Shown here: positions 16,427 to 28,400 of the stretch, one piece after another | How the letters are laid out: every line of letters starts with the position of its first letter | Numbering within the stretch: the stretch's first letter is position 1 | IMG/VR virus record: IMGVR_UViG_3300030095_000697 | Span: 1 to 30,845 of that record | Reading direction: 5' to 3' (one strand) | DNA length: 30,845 nt | From: a virus | Taxonomy: Duplodnaviria; Caudoviricetes | The notes under the pieces: generated by a model | Seen by the model: only the letters and a program-made list of their open reading frames with translations | Told to the model about the DNA's origin: nothing | Database searches by the model: none | Program-made: the position numbers and the translations under genes

Positions 16427-19400
16427 TCAAGCTAATGCTAGAACCCTAAGGTCTTTAACCCTCGGAACATGAACTTGACTTGTAGAAGACATAACTAACT
16501 TAATTCTATAAGTCTTAAATGATGGTAACTGGTCAACACTAAAGGTATATTCTTTATATGTGACATTTGTACCGAAACTATAATCATTATCCTTAATAAC
16601 TTTCTTGTCAGACTTACCATCATTATTCCTTTTATCAATTATTTCACCCTTACGATTAATATTACTGTAACCAGGGAAAGGAACAAAAATAGGAGTCTTT
16701 CCTTCAGTATTATTAATAGCATAGAATGCTCTAATATCAGCGTTTTCAGTAACATGAGCATCTAACATTATCTTAATTGAAGATGCAGAATTTTCTAACA
16801 TCATCTCTTTAGACACATATTGACATGCATTAGGATCTTCTGTAAGAGAATTAACTCTACTATCATTAGCATAATCTGTAATAGGATTATTAACATTATT
16901 TGAAGTAAGGATAGTAGAAACTCTGCTACTATCAATCACAGGACTTACACGAGAATCTCCAGTAGTTAATACTAATCTCAAATTCATTGATTTCTTACCT
17001 TTCACCTGAGTTAAATACTCATCTGCATTAACTTTAGATGCAATTAATCTAGGAGTTTCTAAATAATTGGTTTCATTGAGTGAAAGAGGTTCAAATCCAT
17101 TATCCAACCACTGATCTTCCTCACCATCAATACTAACACCAGTAGTAGTTCTTACTTCTGCAGTAAGAGAAGTTCTTGCTAATGTAATATTGTCTACCAT
17201 AGGAGTAATAACTTCAAAAGGAATATTTTGAGTTGCTCTTACGTCAAATCCACCTACAGACTTAGTTTTTCCAGCATAGAGTAAAGGATATCCTGCGACT
17301 GTTCTATCAACTCCATCATTAGCCATATCGATTTTAATATTGTATGATTCAAAATCAATATCTGGAGTAGACAATACATCATGTGTTTTGTTGATTCTAT
17401 GCAAACTTACCCCATCAAGTTCATACTTATAAACAGGAGTTCCAGTAGGATAATTAAACTTATCGGAACCTCTGCTTCCAGTAATACTAATTACATTACC
17501 AGCAACTGCTTGATATTCTAAAACTTCATTTTCAATTTTAAGATATCCTGCATTGGTAGTACCAACACCAACATTTTCAAACTGTAAGAATTGAGAGGCA
17601 TCAGTAACTGATATTGACAATGGAGAATCTACATTAAAACCAGCACTTAATGTTGTGGGTTTAATATCAGAAATTGCTTCTGAAATAGTAACCTTATTCT
17701 TATTAGAATACATTCCATGATTCTTATGATTTACTTTAATATGTAAACCATCATTTACAACATTAGTAGAAGCAACTTGAACATCACCTCCAAATGAGAG
17801 ATTCATTTCACTAGTAATTCCACTATTGTTAACATAAGATAAAGTTTGAGCAGCACCAACAGTGAAATTACCTTGTATTTCATTAAGAATTAGTTCATTG
17901 GTACTACCAATAGAAACTATCGACAATCTTGCATTTCTTCCAACAGAAGCAACTCCAAGAGTATTAAATCCTACAACATCACCAACCTGATATCCACCTC
18001 CACCAGCACCACTGATAACAGCATTGTTAATAACACCATCATTAACTGTAATATTAGCAGTTGCTCCTCTTCCTGCACCAGTTACTGTAACTAGGTTAAC
18101 TCCATTGAAAGTCAAATTACCACTACTAGGAGTATATCCAATACCACTATTAATGATATTCAATCCAATAGCAGTTCCTGCAAATCCTGCAAGATTACCT
18201 GTAGCATTTGTTCCTGCCTGTATAACTAAATTACCTACCTTAAGACCACCATCAGCAATTGTAGTTCCTATACCAACTCTTGATTCTCTAGAAGTAAATG
18301 ATAATGAATTAGACTCAAGTAATGAAACTTGACCATTTCCTGTAGATAATTCAGGATTATAAAATTCAACAGTTCCATCTGAAAGGAAATCTGCTCTATA
18401 AAGAGTAAATTTAAGGTCTTCCCACTGACTTGGTTCCCAAGTAGAAGCATTTTGTGATTTGAATAAAGAACCACCAAATGGTTGTTGTCCTACAAAAGAA
18501 TCACTGATTAAATCATTTTCTCCTACCCTAGAAATATAAACTTCATATTTGGCAGAATTGGACATTAGAACCATAGCATATTCTTGTTTTGGTTCTAAGT
18601 AAACAGGTGATTTGAATTGGAATGTGGTAGCAAAAGAACCATCACTTGAAATATTAACATCACTAGGATCTAAGATAATAGTAGTCTCTGGAACAATTGT
18701 CTTAGTAGGAGTTCCGTTCACGACAGTTCTGATAGAGAAGTTAATAGGAACATCCATATCATCTTTAGATCTAAAGTATATGTCAGCTTTAGTTGCAAAT
18801 ACACCAGTCTCATCATCTACAGTAAATGTTTGAGCAAGTGGATCTCCCAAAAATCTTAGATTAGCCGTCCTTTGCCAACCATCATTAACCCATCCTGTTT
18901 CACCAGTTCTTCTTGTTGTACCTCTCTCTCCAGTAACTGTTGCCATGTCTACAGAAGCATTTCTTGTAGAAATAATAGTTTCCTGAACAACATCATGGAA
19001 TCCTTCAGATCTAAATTCATCATCACCTCTAGTAGAAGCTTCTAAACCATTATCTTCATCACTGGTAAGTCTAAACAACTTATTACCAGTTTCAAATCTA
19101 GGAGCAGAAGGATTTCTAGTAGTATCAGGAATAAAGAATGACCCCTGAAGTGTAGATGTAATATCACTAAGCAATCTTAAATTACTTACTCGTGCTTGAG
19201 CACCACTACTTTGACCAACTAAAATCATTTGATTCTGTATATAACCAGTATATTCTGGTTGATCCATATTAGATAATGAGAATGTATCTACATTAAGTAT
19301 TGTTGATGTAGAAGAATAAGTTGATGATAGTGGTTGTAGTGTATAAGGATTATCTGGATATGTCTTAGTTGGAATATTATATTCACCTTCTCTATGATTT

Positions 19401-22400
19401 GCTTGAGCAACTCTAAAGGTAATAATATTTGATGGTCCAGAATCACCACTCCAACTTGATTGAGATACTCCTCTTACAGTCTCACCAACTTGGAATGTAC
19501 CCTCAAGCATATTGATTTCAATTAATTTAGGCACACAATATTCAGAAACACTTTGAGCATCAAAGAAAGGATATACTCTTGTTAGTGGTTTTAATGATTT
19601 TGCAGTAAATTCAACATTTCTAGATCTCATAAATGGGATGATACTTCTACTTACAGTTCTATCACCTTGAGATTCACGATCAAACTGCTCTCTAACTTCC
19701 ATTCGTGTTCCAGTTCTTCTTTGAGTACCTGTTTCAACAGTTACCTGACGAATTTGTCTCCTATCTTCTCTCACTATCCATCTTCCTATCTGTCTTGTTC
19801 TGGTTCTACCCCAATCCCTTACGTCTTGTTGGTTAGTTGTATTCCCTGACCAAAATGTTTGCCAAGAACCCCATATAGTTTGACCAAATCCATTTTGTGG
19901 ATTAAATCCTCTAGTATTGGATAATTCTGCTACTGTTTCGGCAAAATTACCTTCTCTATTAATAATACGAGCATCTAATCTAGTTTGATCAATCCATGTA
20001 TCAGATTCTGGATTTAAAGTTACATCAGCAGTCCAATAAGCTACAACATAAGGAGTTACACTTTCAGTTCTAGTTCCAAAAGTTTGCTTAACCCATTCAA
20101 TTTCGGAATAATCTAAAGTGATTATACCGTTATCTTTTCTTATATTGATACCTTCAGGAGTTTCAAAATTCTTATCTACATTAGCAATAACTCCTTCTAC
20201 AGGACCAGTCATTAGATCAACTGAAGTAGTATAGTGTGATGGTCTTAATTCTCCATTTTCTGGATCTATACTATTCTTAACTCCTTCACTAAGTTCTTGA
20301 GCAAGGAATGATGCAAAATTATCAACAAAGAAACCAGACTTAAATCTATTCAATCCATCTGCATCGGAAACAAACATATTAGAAGTATTGCTTTCCAATA
20401 ATGTCAATGCAGTATAATACTCTAGATTCTGAACTCTAGTTGCAAGATTATGGATATCTTGCATTTGATATCTCTTATAATCTAAGAATTTAATAGAAGC
20501 TTGTGAAACATCATAAAGATATGGTGGTAATGCAATAGTTGCAATTTCTATAGCATCATCAATTGGAAGTGGTGTATTTGGTCTATCTGCAGGTGTTCCA
20601 TATACAACTTGGAATACACCTTCTTTATTAGCAAAAATCCTATCTATCCTTCCTTGATAATATGAATAAGTAGTTAAAATCGAACCATCTGACTGAAGCA
20701 TAGCACCAGCAGAACTACCAGCACCATCAAACGTTCTACCATCAAATTCTAAAGGAGAACGAGTACCTGCGGCAACTGTATAATTAGAAACTCTAGGTCT
20801 TATATCAATAATATCACTGTTCCTAATTCCATTAACTGATTGTATTTCAGTTGAATAATTGAAATTCCTATAAGATTCTACAGTAATTACATCACCAGTA
20901 TCAGTAGAATCAAAACCAGCACTCATAAAGTAAACTTTTAATTTATGAGTCGGTGCATCAACACCTACATTCCTACTAAGGAATCCATAGTTATAAAAAC
21001 TTCCTTCCTGACCATTATCAAATGTAAATTCATCACTTATATTATAACTTGTAGATTCTAATGTAGTAACTGTACCTTGAATCAAAGATTCTTTTGCCTC
21101 TAGAATTTCTCCTTCTACAAAAACTTTTTCATTTTTATAAATGAAACTAATTTGAGATGCTGTTACCTTTTCCGCAACAATAGCAATTGCTCCACTACTT
21201 TGTCCTACTATTTGCTCACCTAATATAAATTCTTCTGTTGTTGTAGATGCACTTGTAATAGAAGCTAAAACAGCAGTAGGTGCAGAAGCATCTTCAATAG
21301 TTGATGATTCAAATATACCATGAATTTCAATAATATCAGGAGTATTTAAAGATATGACTTCATCCTGAACTCTAGTTCCCCAAGCAAAATTACCATACTC
21401 CAATCCATCATTTAAAGTAGTTGAACCAATACCAGAAACATTAGTACCAGAACCACCAATAGTTGACTTATCAACAACGATAGTATTAACTCTATTTTTA
21501 ATTTTTTCCTTTGAAGTGGGTTTAAGTTTTGTTATTGATGTTAATAAAGTGGCATCAACATCATTAGAACCTAATCCATAAATCTGCAACTGAGTTCCAC
21601 CAGTGAATACAAACTGGTTAGCAGTTAAGGACTCTGTAGTTCCATCAGACCTTATAAGAATATATCTTTCCTCATCAAATGGTAAGAATGTTTCATTAGT
21701 TTCTGTAGTAGGAATAGTGCTCGCTTTTAACTGACCATTTTCAATATCAACAGTGAATTTCTTCCTTATTGTTATACTACCTTTTGTATTATCAACTGTT
21801 GCAATATTTGGTTTAGGAAGCACCGTAAACAAAGTATCATCAGAAGATGCATCTAATTCAGTAGTTAAAACTTCTAAATCAGTAACTTGCAAAGATGAAG
21901 TTGGTAGATTACCATTAACTACTCCATTTACATCTGCAACTGCTTTTATTGTAACAGTATTAGTTCCAACTGCAGTAACTTGACCAAAAGTTGGGTCATC
22001 AGATTGAGCAGTATTACTAAATTTAAGTAAATTATTTACTGATACAAGAGTGCCAGGAAATCTATCATTAGTGCTTGTAATAGTACTAAAACCACTTGAA
22101 GCAGCAGTAATACTACCAATACCAATAAAAGATCCCACTGATTGCATTACATCAGCAGCAAATGTATTTCCTCCACCAACTTTACCAAATATAGATTTTA
22201 CATCATTAATACTTTCAACATCAACTGCAGTAACTACTCTTGATACAGAAGTTCCATTTTCGTTTTTACCTGGAAAAAGAAGTGGTTCTTCTACAATAAA
22301 CTCACCATTAACTCCATAGAGTGTTAATGAATTTGTAGCAGAAGCAGCAGTTCTAAGGAAACCTGTTGCACCACTCTTTGTACCTCTAACATATGCTGGT

Positions 22401-23887
22401 GTTGATAAAGTAATACCTTCATTTATTGTCAAATTAACATAGGTTTCAACATCATATAAGGAAATATCCCACTGATTTACATTAGGATTAGCAGCATCAT
22501 AAGAACCAGATTCTAAATTGTAATCATATACTCTTGCTACTCCAATTTCTGTTCCCTGTGCTGTCGTTTGGTTTGCAGCAGTTCTTTGATTCTGTAAACT
22601 TAGAACATATGTATTACCCACTCCTACTATAGGAGCACCAAAACTTCTATTTACTTTAAGAGTAGCACCTGTATTATAAAGTATACCTTCGTCTTTAATT
22701 ATTTTTGTAGTTCTTGGTTTAGCAGCATCTAACAATGTTGGTTGATTACTTCCAACTTCATAACCTTTAACGTATGCTTTTCCACTAGAAACATTATATA
22801 CCATCAACTCATCTGAAGGAGTATCTCCCATTGGAGTTATTTGTCCTTCTTGGAAAAGACCTCTATTGCCAATATTATCATTTAAAGAATTTCTTAAAGT
22901 AACATCAAAAGGTTTTACATAATAATCTCCAGATTCGTCATAAGTTCTTCTAGCTAAAACATCTTCTAAATCATCATAAAATACACCACCGTTTGGTCCT
23001 ACACCAAAACCTTGTCTAGGAGTAGATTTTAATATTCCCTCATTGATAGTTCCTAACTCAATAAAATTAGTATCATTACTATCATCTAAATTTTTCTTAA
23101 AAAGACTTACTGATATTTTTAATCTATCTGCACCAGGAGCACCGTAGTTATTATATCCTTGAGAATTATCATTTAAAGATTCATCTAAATCAGATGTAAT
23201 TATCTCTTCATTTACAAAAAAACCAACTCTATAATTAGGAGTTACAGAATATTGATCTAATATAAGTGTCTCTGCCTGACATTGAACAAATTGACCTCTA
23301 ATAAAATATACACCTTCCTGAACAGAGAATGATGATCCAGATATAGCAGCATCAGCAGCGATAGTAATACCAAAAGGACTACCTGCAGATATAGCACTAT
23401 TACCCAACAAACCAGAGGTAATAGTAGTATCTGAAGATAATTGTTCACCATCAGCAAAAGTAACAGTAGAATTATTTGCAGTACTAGAAGAAAGATAATT
23501 TACATATAATGTTAAATTGCCATTTTCAGAATCTTGATCTAATAAAACTTTATTTACAACTGCAGTTACTCCTGAACTTTGCCCAGTAATTTTTGTACCT
23601 ATTAACTGGTCAACATAAGCAGCTAAAGGAACTCCTTGAAAAGTATTATTTAATTGAATACCACGATAATTATTATTATATGAAGTATTACCAGGTATAA
23701 CCTTTGCACCATCCTTAAAGAAATGCTGACCAAATTTCTCAATCTGATTCTGCAGTATAGACTGTAGAGTTGTTAACTCTCTTGCCTGTACAGGATATCC
23801 AGGTTTAAATAAAACCCGATAGAAATCATCAGCAGGGTTATAATCGTCAAAATATGGCGATACATCTAGATTGGTTTGCTGTGGCAT
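16427..23887 (-). CDS. Large baseplate-associated structural protein (VrlC-like / DUF4815)
   Basis: PYFDDY..DDFYRVLFKPGYPVQARELTTLQSILQNQIEKFG, APGADRLKI, LARRTYDESGDY, RFKSGFFVDNF, DPLAQTF, GSLFKSQNASTW.P.QWEDLKF.LYRADF and terminal PRVKDLRVLALA; follows g8. Confidence 0.82.
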   Translation of the reverse strand: MPQQTNLDVSPYFDDYNPADDFYRVLFKPGYPVQARELTTLQSILQNQIEKFGQHFFKDGAKVIPGNTSYNNNYRGIQLNNTFQGVPLAAYVDQLIGTKITGQSSGVTAVVNKVLLDQDSENGNLTLYVNYLSSSTANNSTVTFADGEQLSSDTTITSGLLGNSAISAGSPFGITIAADAAISGSSFSVQEGVYFIRGQFVQCQAETLILDQYSVTPNYRVGFFVNEEIITSDLDESLNDNSQGYNNYGAPGADRLKISVSLFKKNLDDSNDTNFIELGTINEGILKSTPRQGFGVGPNGGVFYDDLEDVLARRTYDESGDYYVKPFDVTLRNSLNDNIGNRGLFQEGQITPMGDTPSDELMVYNVSSGKAYVKGYEVGSNQPTLLDAAKPRTTKIIKDEGILYNTGATLKVNRSFGAPIVGVGNTYVLSLQNQRTAANQTTAQGTEIGVARVYDYNLESGSYDAANPNVNQWDISLYDVETYVNLTINEGITLSTPAYVRGTKSGATGFLRTAASATNSLTLYGVNGEFIVEEPLLFPGKNENGTSVSRVVTAVDVESINDVKSIFGKVGGGNTFAADVMQSVGSFIGIGSITAASSGFSTITSTNDRFPGTLVSVNNLLKFSNTAQSDDPTFGQVTAVGTNTVTIKAVADVNGVVNGNLPTSSLQVTDLEVLTTELDASSDDTLFTVLPKPNIATVDNTKGSITIRKKFTVDIENGQLKASTIPTTETNETFLPFDEERYILIRSDGTTESLTANQFVFTGGTQLQIYGLGSNDVDATLLTSITKLKPTSKEKIKNRVNTIVVDKSTIGGSGTNVSGIGSTTLNDGLEYGNFAWGTRVQDEVISLNTPDIIEIHGIFESSTIEDASAPTAVLASITSASTTTEEFILGEQIVGQSSGAIAIVAEKVTASQISFIYKNEKVFVEGEILEAKESLIQGTVTTLESTSYNISDEFTFDNGQEGSFYNYGFLSRNVGVDAPTHKLKVYFMSAGFDSTDTGDVITVESYRNFNYSTEIQSVNGIRNSDIIDIRPRVSNYTVAAGTRSPLEFDGRTFDGAGSSAGAMLQSDGSILTTYSYYQGRIDRIFANKEGVFQVVYGTPADRPNTPLPIDDAIEIATIALPPYLYDVSQASIKFLDYKRYQMQDIHNLATRVQNLEYYTALTLLESNTSNMFVSDADGLNRFKSGFFVDNFASFLAQELSEGVKNSIDPENGELRPSHYTTSVDLMTGPVEGVIANVDKNFETPEGINIRKDNGIITLDYSEIEWVKQTFGTRTESVTPYVVAYWTADVTLNPESDTWIDQTRLDARIINREGNFAETVAELSNTRGFNPQNGFGQTIWGSWQTFWSGNTTNQQDVRDWGRTRTRQIGRWIVREDRRQIRQVTVETGTQRRTGTRMEVREQFDRESQGDRTVSRSIIPFMRSRNVEFTAKSLKPLTRVYPFFDAQSVSEYCVPKLIEINMLEGTFQVGETVRGVSQSSWSGDSGPSNIITFRVAQANHREGEYNIPTKTYPDNPYTLQPLSSTYSSTSTILNVDTFSLSNMDQPEYTGYIQNQMILVGQSSGAQARVSNLRLLSDITSTLQGSFFIPDTTRNPSAPRFETGNKLFRLTSDEDNGLEASTRGDDEFRSEGFHDVVQETIISTRNASVDMATVTGERGTTRRTGETGWVNDGWQRTANLRFLGDPLAQTFTVDDETGVFATKADIYFRSKDDMDVPINFSIRTVVNGTPTKTIVPETTIILDPSDVNISSDGSFATTFQFKSPVYLEPKQEYAMVLMSNSAKYEVYISRVGENDLISDSFVGQQPFGGSLFKSQNASTWEPSQWEDLKFTLYRADFLSDGTVEFYNPELSTGNGQVSLLESNSLSFTSRESRVGIGTTIADGGLKVGNLVIQAGTNATGNLAGFAGTAIGLNIINSGIGYTPSSGNLTFNGVNLVTVTGAGRGATANITVNDGVINNAVISGAGGGGYQVGDVVGFNTLGVASVGRNARLSIVSIGSTNELILNEIQGNFTVGAAQTLSYVNNSGITSEMNLSFGGDVQVASTNVVNDGLHIKVNHKNHGMYSNKNKVTISEAISDIKPTTLSAGFNVDSPLSISVTDASQFLQFENVGVGTTNAGYLKIENEVLEYQAVAGNVISITGSRGSDKFNYPTGTPVYKYELDGVSLHRINKTHDVLSTPDIDFESYNIKIDMANDGVDRTVAGYPLLYAGKTKSVGGFDVRATQNIPFEVITPMVDNITLARTSLTAEVRTTTGVSIDGEEDQWLDNGFEPLSLNETNYLETPRLIASKVNADEYLTQVKGKKSMNLRLVLTTGDSRVSPVIDSSRVSTILTSNNVNNPITDYANDSRVNSLTEDPNACQYVSKEMMLENSASSIKIMLDAHVTENADIRAFYAINNTEGKTPIFVPFPGYSNINRKGEIIDKRNNDGKSDKKVIKDNDYSFGTNVTYKEYTFSVDQLPSFKTYRIKLVMSSTSQVHVPRVKDLRVLALA

Positions 23888-23893
23888 GATTAC

Positions 23894-25450
23894 TTAGAAC
23901 TGCAAAATAACTTTAATATCTTCTTTTTGGTTAGCAGACCTAGTAATAGAAGGTCTGTTATCAACATATATTATATTTCCTGAATGTTGTTTAACTTCAG
24001 GAGAAGCAAGGCCATTATTAAAAAATTGACCAAGGTAATATGTCTTATTATTTATTGAGGTACTTATACCAGTAAAAGTAGTATCAATACCTAAGTTTGA
24101 ACCACTTGATGGGACAATAGTAACATTTCCATTTCCAGATGGTGTACTTGTAAATTCAAGTAATTCAAATCCCCATGTAGGATTAGTTTGAGCAGTACCT
24201 ACTGTATTAAATCCTGCAACAGTCCTATCTTGCCAATACTTCAAAACACCTGTAGTTTGGTCATAACTAACAACTCTTCCTGCTGCAGTCTGACCAGTAC
24301 CTACTGTTTGAGTAACATAAGAATCTGGAGTAAAGGTAGCAGTGCTATAACCAATACCTGTTAATCTAAGAGCATTTAAAGCACTTGCCTTATCAGCACT
24401 TAAATTCTCTGTGTTACTTCCAGGAACTTTAGGATTTTCAACTACACCCACTCTTGCTATTTGGTTGCCTGTAATAAAGTCAGGATTCTCACTATCATTT
24501 TCAATTCTTGAATATAGGAGAACATTCATTGCTCCTAATTCTCTATAAACATCAAATCCATGTCCACCTGGTGGAGAAGGAATAACATCAAAGGTTGGTA
24601 TTTCACTTCCTGTTGGAACACCACCAGCAATTAAATCTACATTACCGAAAGTATATCCAGAACCTTGATTAGAAACTTCTATAGAACCAACTTTAGATTC
24701 TGCATTAATAACAATGGTACATTCTGCTCCTGTGCCATCACCCTTAATAGGAACTCTAGTATAAGTTTCTCCAGCAGTCCCTAAACCAACTCCCCTATTA
24801 GTAATAGTAACTATTTTTAAAGAACCATCAACTGCATTTCCCCTAACAGCAGCATCATCAGTATTAGTGCTCCAATTTGGTGGAGTGGGAATAAAGTCTG
24901 TTGATTCAAACTTTACAATATCACTTGGTTTAATAGTATAAAGATATTTCCAAACGTATCCATCACCACTACTACCAGCAGACCTTGGTTCTAAATCAGT
25001 AAATGTTGGTTCGTCTAAAGATGGTTTTCCATTAGGATTTTCTGGGTCTGTGCCATTTTGAAGACATTCATAAACTCTATAATCACTATTGACAACATAA
25101 TATGATGCAGAATATAAATTAGTTGCTCCTGAAATCTTAGCAGTATTTGACCTACTATAATCATTCCTATACATGTCATAAGTATTTCCAGAAGACCACA
25201 ATCTTCTTATTACAACCTGCCTAACATCACCTGCATTGATTTTCTTCAATGCAATCATAGTATCCCAATACTCATCCTCTTCCGTAAAATTATCTTTAGG
25301 TGACGGTGGATTGCTATCCCAATCACTTTGATAATCAGTAGGATTTGGTAGACCTATAAAAGAATAATAAGCATTAGTACCTGTAGTTACACCCGCAACA
25401 AAGTTCTTTGCATTTAATATTCTTATCTGATCAGTTATTATGGCCGCCAT
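23894..25450 (-). CDS. g8: Baseplate wedge subunit gp8
   Basis: MAAIITDQIRILNAKNF, W..G.TYDMYR.DY, YVVNSDYRVY.CL.N, DGYVWKYLYTI, P.GGHG and SGNIIYVDNRPSITRS.NQKEDIKVILQF motifs. Confidence 0.9.
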   Translation of the reverse strand: MAAIITDQIRILNAKNFVAGVTTGTNAYYSFIGLPNPTDYQSDWDSNPPSPKDNFTEEDEYWDTMIALKKINAGDVRQVVIRRLWSSGNTYDMYRNDYSRSNTAKISGATNLYSASYYVVNSDYRVYECLQNGTDPENPNGKPSLDEPTFTDLEPRSAGSSGDGYVWKYLYTIKPSDIVKFESTDFIPTPPNWSTNTDDAAVRGNAVDGSLKIVTITNRGVGLGTAGETYTRVPIKGDGTGAECTIVINAESKVGSIEVSNQGSGYTFGNVDLIAGGVPTGSEIPTFDVIPSPPGGHGFDVYRELGAMNVLLYSRIENDSENPDFITGNQIARVGVVENPKVPGSNTENLSADKASALNALRLTGIGYSTATFTPDSYVTQTVGTGQTAAGRVVSYDQTTGVLKYWQDRTVAGFNTVGTAQTNPTWGFELLEFTSTPSGNGNVTIVPSSGSNLGIDTTFTGISTSINNKTYYLGQFFNNGLASPEVKQHSGNIIYVDNRPSITRSANQKEDIKVILQF

Positions 25451-25469
25451 TGTTAAACAGTTTTCTTTT

Positions 25470-25476
25470 TATTTAT
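25470..25476 (-). promoter_or_regulatory. T4-like late promoter (ATAAATA) upstream of g8
   Basis: tatttat on + strand in the spacer, 20 nt upstream of the ATG. Confidence 0.7.
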
Positions 25477-25481
25477 CTAGG

Positions 25482-28400
25482 TTACACTGTATAATTTTTA
25501 TATTTCAAAGGAGCAGTCCTTTCAACCAATGTAGAAGTATGAATACCAGTCGGTGTGGTAGTTCCTCCAATACCTATACCGTTCAAAGTTTGTGCGGTAT
25601 AAGCATTTTCAAGTTGTCTACCATCAAGTTTAATTCTACCCCAACTAAATGAACCAAAGTAATTGGAAGTTGAAACTCCAGAACCATATGTAATAGGACT
25701 AGAGACATTCACAAATACTCTAGTAACATTTGTAGCAATTCCAACTATGTTTTTAGGAATAGTTTCTACACTCTTCACTTCATAAACATTATCAACATAA
25801 GATTTTCCTATTCCGACAGTATTAGAACCTGCACTATCTTGAGAAGTTATCGAAGTTACTGCAGCACCAACACTTGAATCATAAACAACAAAACGATCAT
25901 GACCTGTCAAAGTACTCAATGTTTGAGCAGTTCCAACTAAAGCAGGTTCTCTCAAATAAGAATCATATGGAATAAACAAATCAAATATAAGTTGGTCTTG
26001 AGAAGCAACCGTAGTAATACCAAATCCAACAATAACTCCTGAATCACCTGAGTAATTAGAAACCGCATTCTTTTCATCAACTGCTATAGTTGGAGTAATA
26101 AGAACTAAAGGTGGATTAGTACTTGTATATCCAACTCCAGGATTCGTTACTGCGATTCCAGTTACAACTCCATTAGTCAATGTTGCTTCTGCCATTGCCA
26201 TTGTATTAGTAGTAATGCCTATGGTAGACGCAATGCTCACTGTAGGGGTAGCAGAATACCCTACACCACCTGTTGAGAGTGTTATGGATGAAATAGTACC
26301 CAATCCAGAAACAACTGCTGTAGCGGCAGCAGAAATAACAGTATCTTGAGAGATGAATCTTATGCTATTTTGGAATGTAAGTTCAGTATCATTCTCATTT
26401 TCTGCATCAAATAATGGTCTTAAATTATCAACCCAAACAGATGTTGAACCAATTCCAACAGATTTGATAAGATATCCATAAGGATATATGCTTGGTTCAT
26501 ATAATGTTCTATCTTTTCCAATTTCCTTCCCGTCTACAATCAAATCTTCAGTTTGCTTGCACCATACTACAGGTCTCATGAGAGTTTCATTTGTAGTATT
26601 GCCAGGTCCAAAGTATGGATTGGTTGTAATTAAATCAGTAGCATCAATGCTTGTGACTATTCTAGGATCTTCCTGTAAAGAAGATTCTTGTCCAACAGAT
26701 GCATCATAACCAACAGTTACCTTATCACCAGTCTTAATAGTCTCTAAAATATCTCTGAACACAACATCTAAACCACCAGTTCCTTTATAGAATAAAATCT
26801 TAGACTTATCACCCATTTTAGGTGCTTCAGTAAAGGTAATTACACTACCACCACTAAATGTGTATCCTTGACCAGGAACTTGTAGAATATCATTTACAAA
26901 TACTAGGAGAGCATCCTCAACATTAATGTTAGAACCAGCAGAAGACCTAATAGAAACTAAAGTTCCACCTTTTCTAATTCTGAATGCTTGAGTACTACCA
27001 TCAAACTTATTATCAAAGTTATCAAGCATATCAAGAGTTCCAATAGACCATCCTGTAAATTCATCAGTAAATTCTTCCGTAACAGTAAGTTTAAACTCTT
27101 GGAAACCAGAAGTAGTTGGAATTCCTGTTGCTCCTCCAATAGGAACTGTTAGAATATCACCAGTTCCATAACCATACCCAGTATTTCTAATCTCAAAGTC
27201 AATTACACTAGAACCTTGACCAACTTGAACATCCACTCTTGCAGCAGTTCCAAATCCACTCTGACCATTAGCATAAACTAATGGCATATCAGCATAGGAA
27301 AGAGGTAAATCAAATACTACATCTAAAGGTTTCTGAACCTTACCAGAACGAGCATAGAAGTGTGTTCTGCTCGATACTCCAGTATTAACACTAAATGTAT
27401 TGTTATCAATAATACTTAAAACAGTTGTTCTACCAGCAGCAGCATCAGTAGGTCTTGGAGCAACAATTACTCCTTGTACTTTTCCTCCATTCTTATAGAA
27501 TGTTTCGACAGTAGATATACCAACATTAACTACGAATTCGGTTGCACTATTAACCTGAGTAACTTTTGTACCAGCATAATATGGGTCAGGTTTTCTTGGA
27601 TATTTGTGTGTAGTTGCATTACTATCTTTAGAACATGTGAATGCTAAAGATTCAGTATCAAGTTTAATACTGGTTCCAGTTTTCAAAGTATGAGCACCAA
27701 TAGTTAATACCATAACTCCTGAAGCAGCATCATAAGTTGCACCAGAAACATTATGACTTACTAATGGAGATGTACCAACATCAATTGTAAATGTATTTGC
27801 TGTTGTAGCAGCAACTGCTACCATAGTATTATGAATAGGATCAGTAATACGTGGATATGAATGTAATGATGAATAGTCATCCATTGCACATCTAAATTCT
27901 AATGCATTCGTTGATACTCCAACAGTGTCTGTAGTAAACAAACCATGATTAGCAGCAGTAAAGGTTACTAATCCAGCAGCAGCATTATAAGCAGCATCAG
28001 TCGGTGTTAATGTTTTTGTTGTATTAGCAATACTAATTGAATTTGGAGTAGAACTTGCAAATATATGCCTATAATCACCACCACTCTTCACTGCACCAGT
28101 AGTTGCTGAAACGAAGGCATGTGTATACTGGTCATTCTTCCCAGAAACTCCAACATCAAGTGTAATACTATTAGATGTTGTTGCAGCAATTGCTACTGAA
28201 TTCTTATAAGCATAATCTTCACCTCTTGGATAGAAATGATCAGTAGCACCATTATCTAAACCACAAGTAAATGCAATTCCCGTAAATATAATATCTTTTC
28301 CTGTTACATATCCATGATTACCTGAAGTTGTTACTGTTGCAATTCCAGTTGCTGCACTATAAGCAAATCCAGCAATAGACTTAGGACCAGAGTAAGTACA

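Noticed and set aside
15803-23893. Absence of recognisable T4 g9-g12/wac between g8 and g13
   Set aside because: Usual for marine cyanomyoviruses; not novel by itself.
4904-26709. Other short plus-strand ORFs in the track
   Set aside because: All are antisense shadows of long conserved minus-strand genes with no recognisable motifs.
2516-27139. Short alternative-frame minus-strand ORFs (2516-2719, 18268-18477, 23257-23457, 26957-27139)
   Set aside because: Nested in major genes, with Leu-rich off-frame composition and no promoter or RBS evidence.
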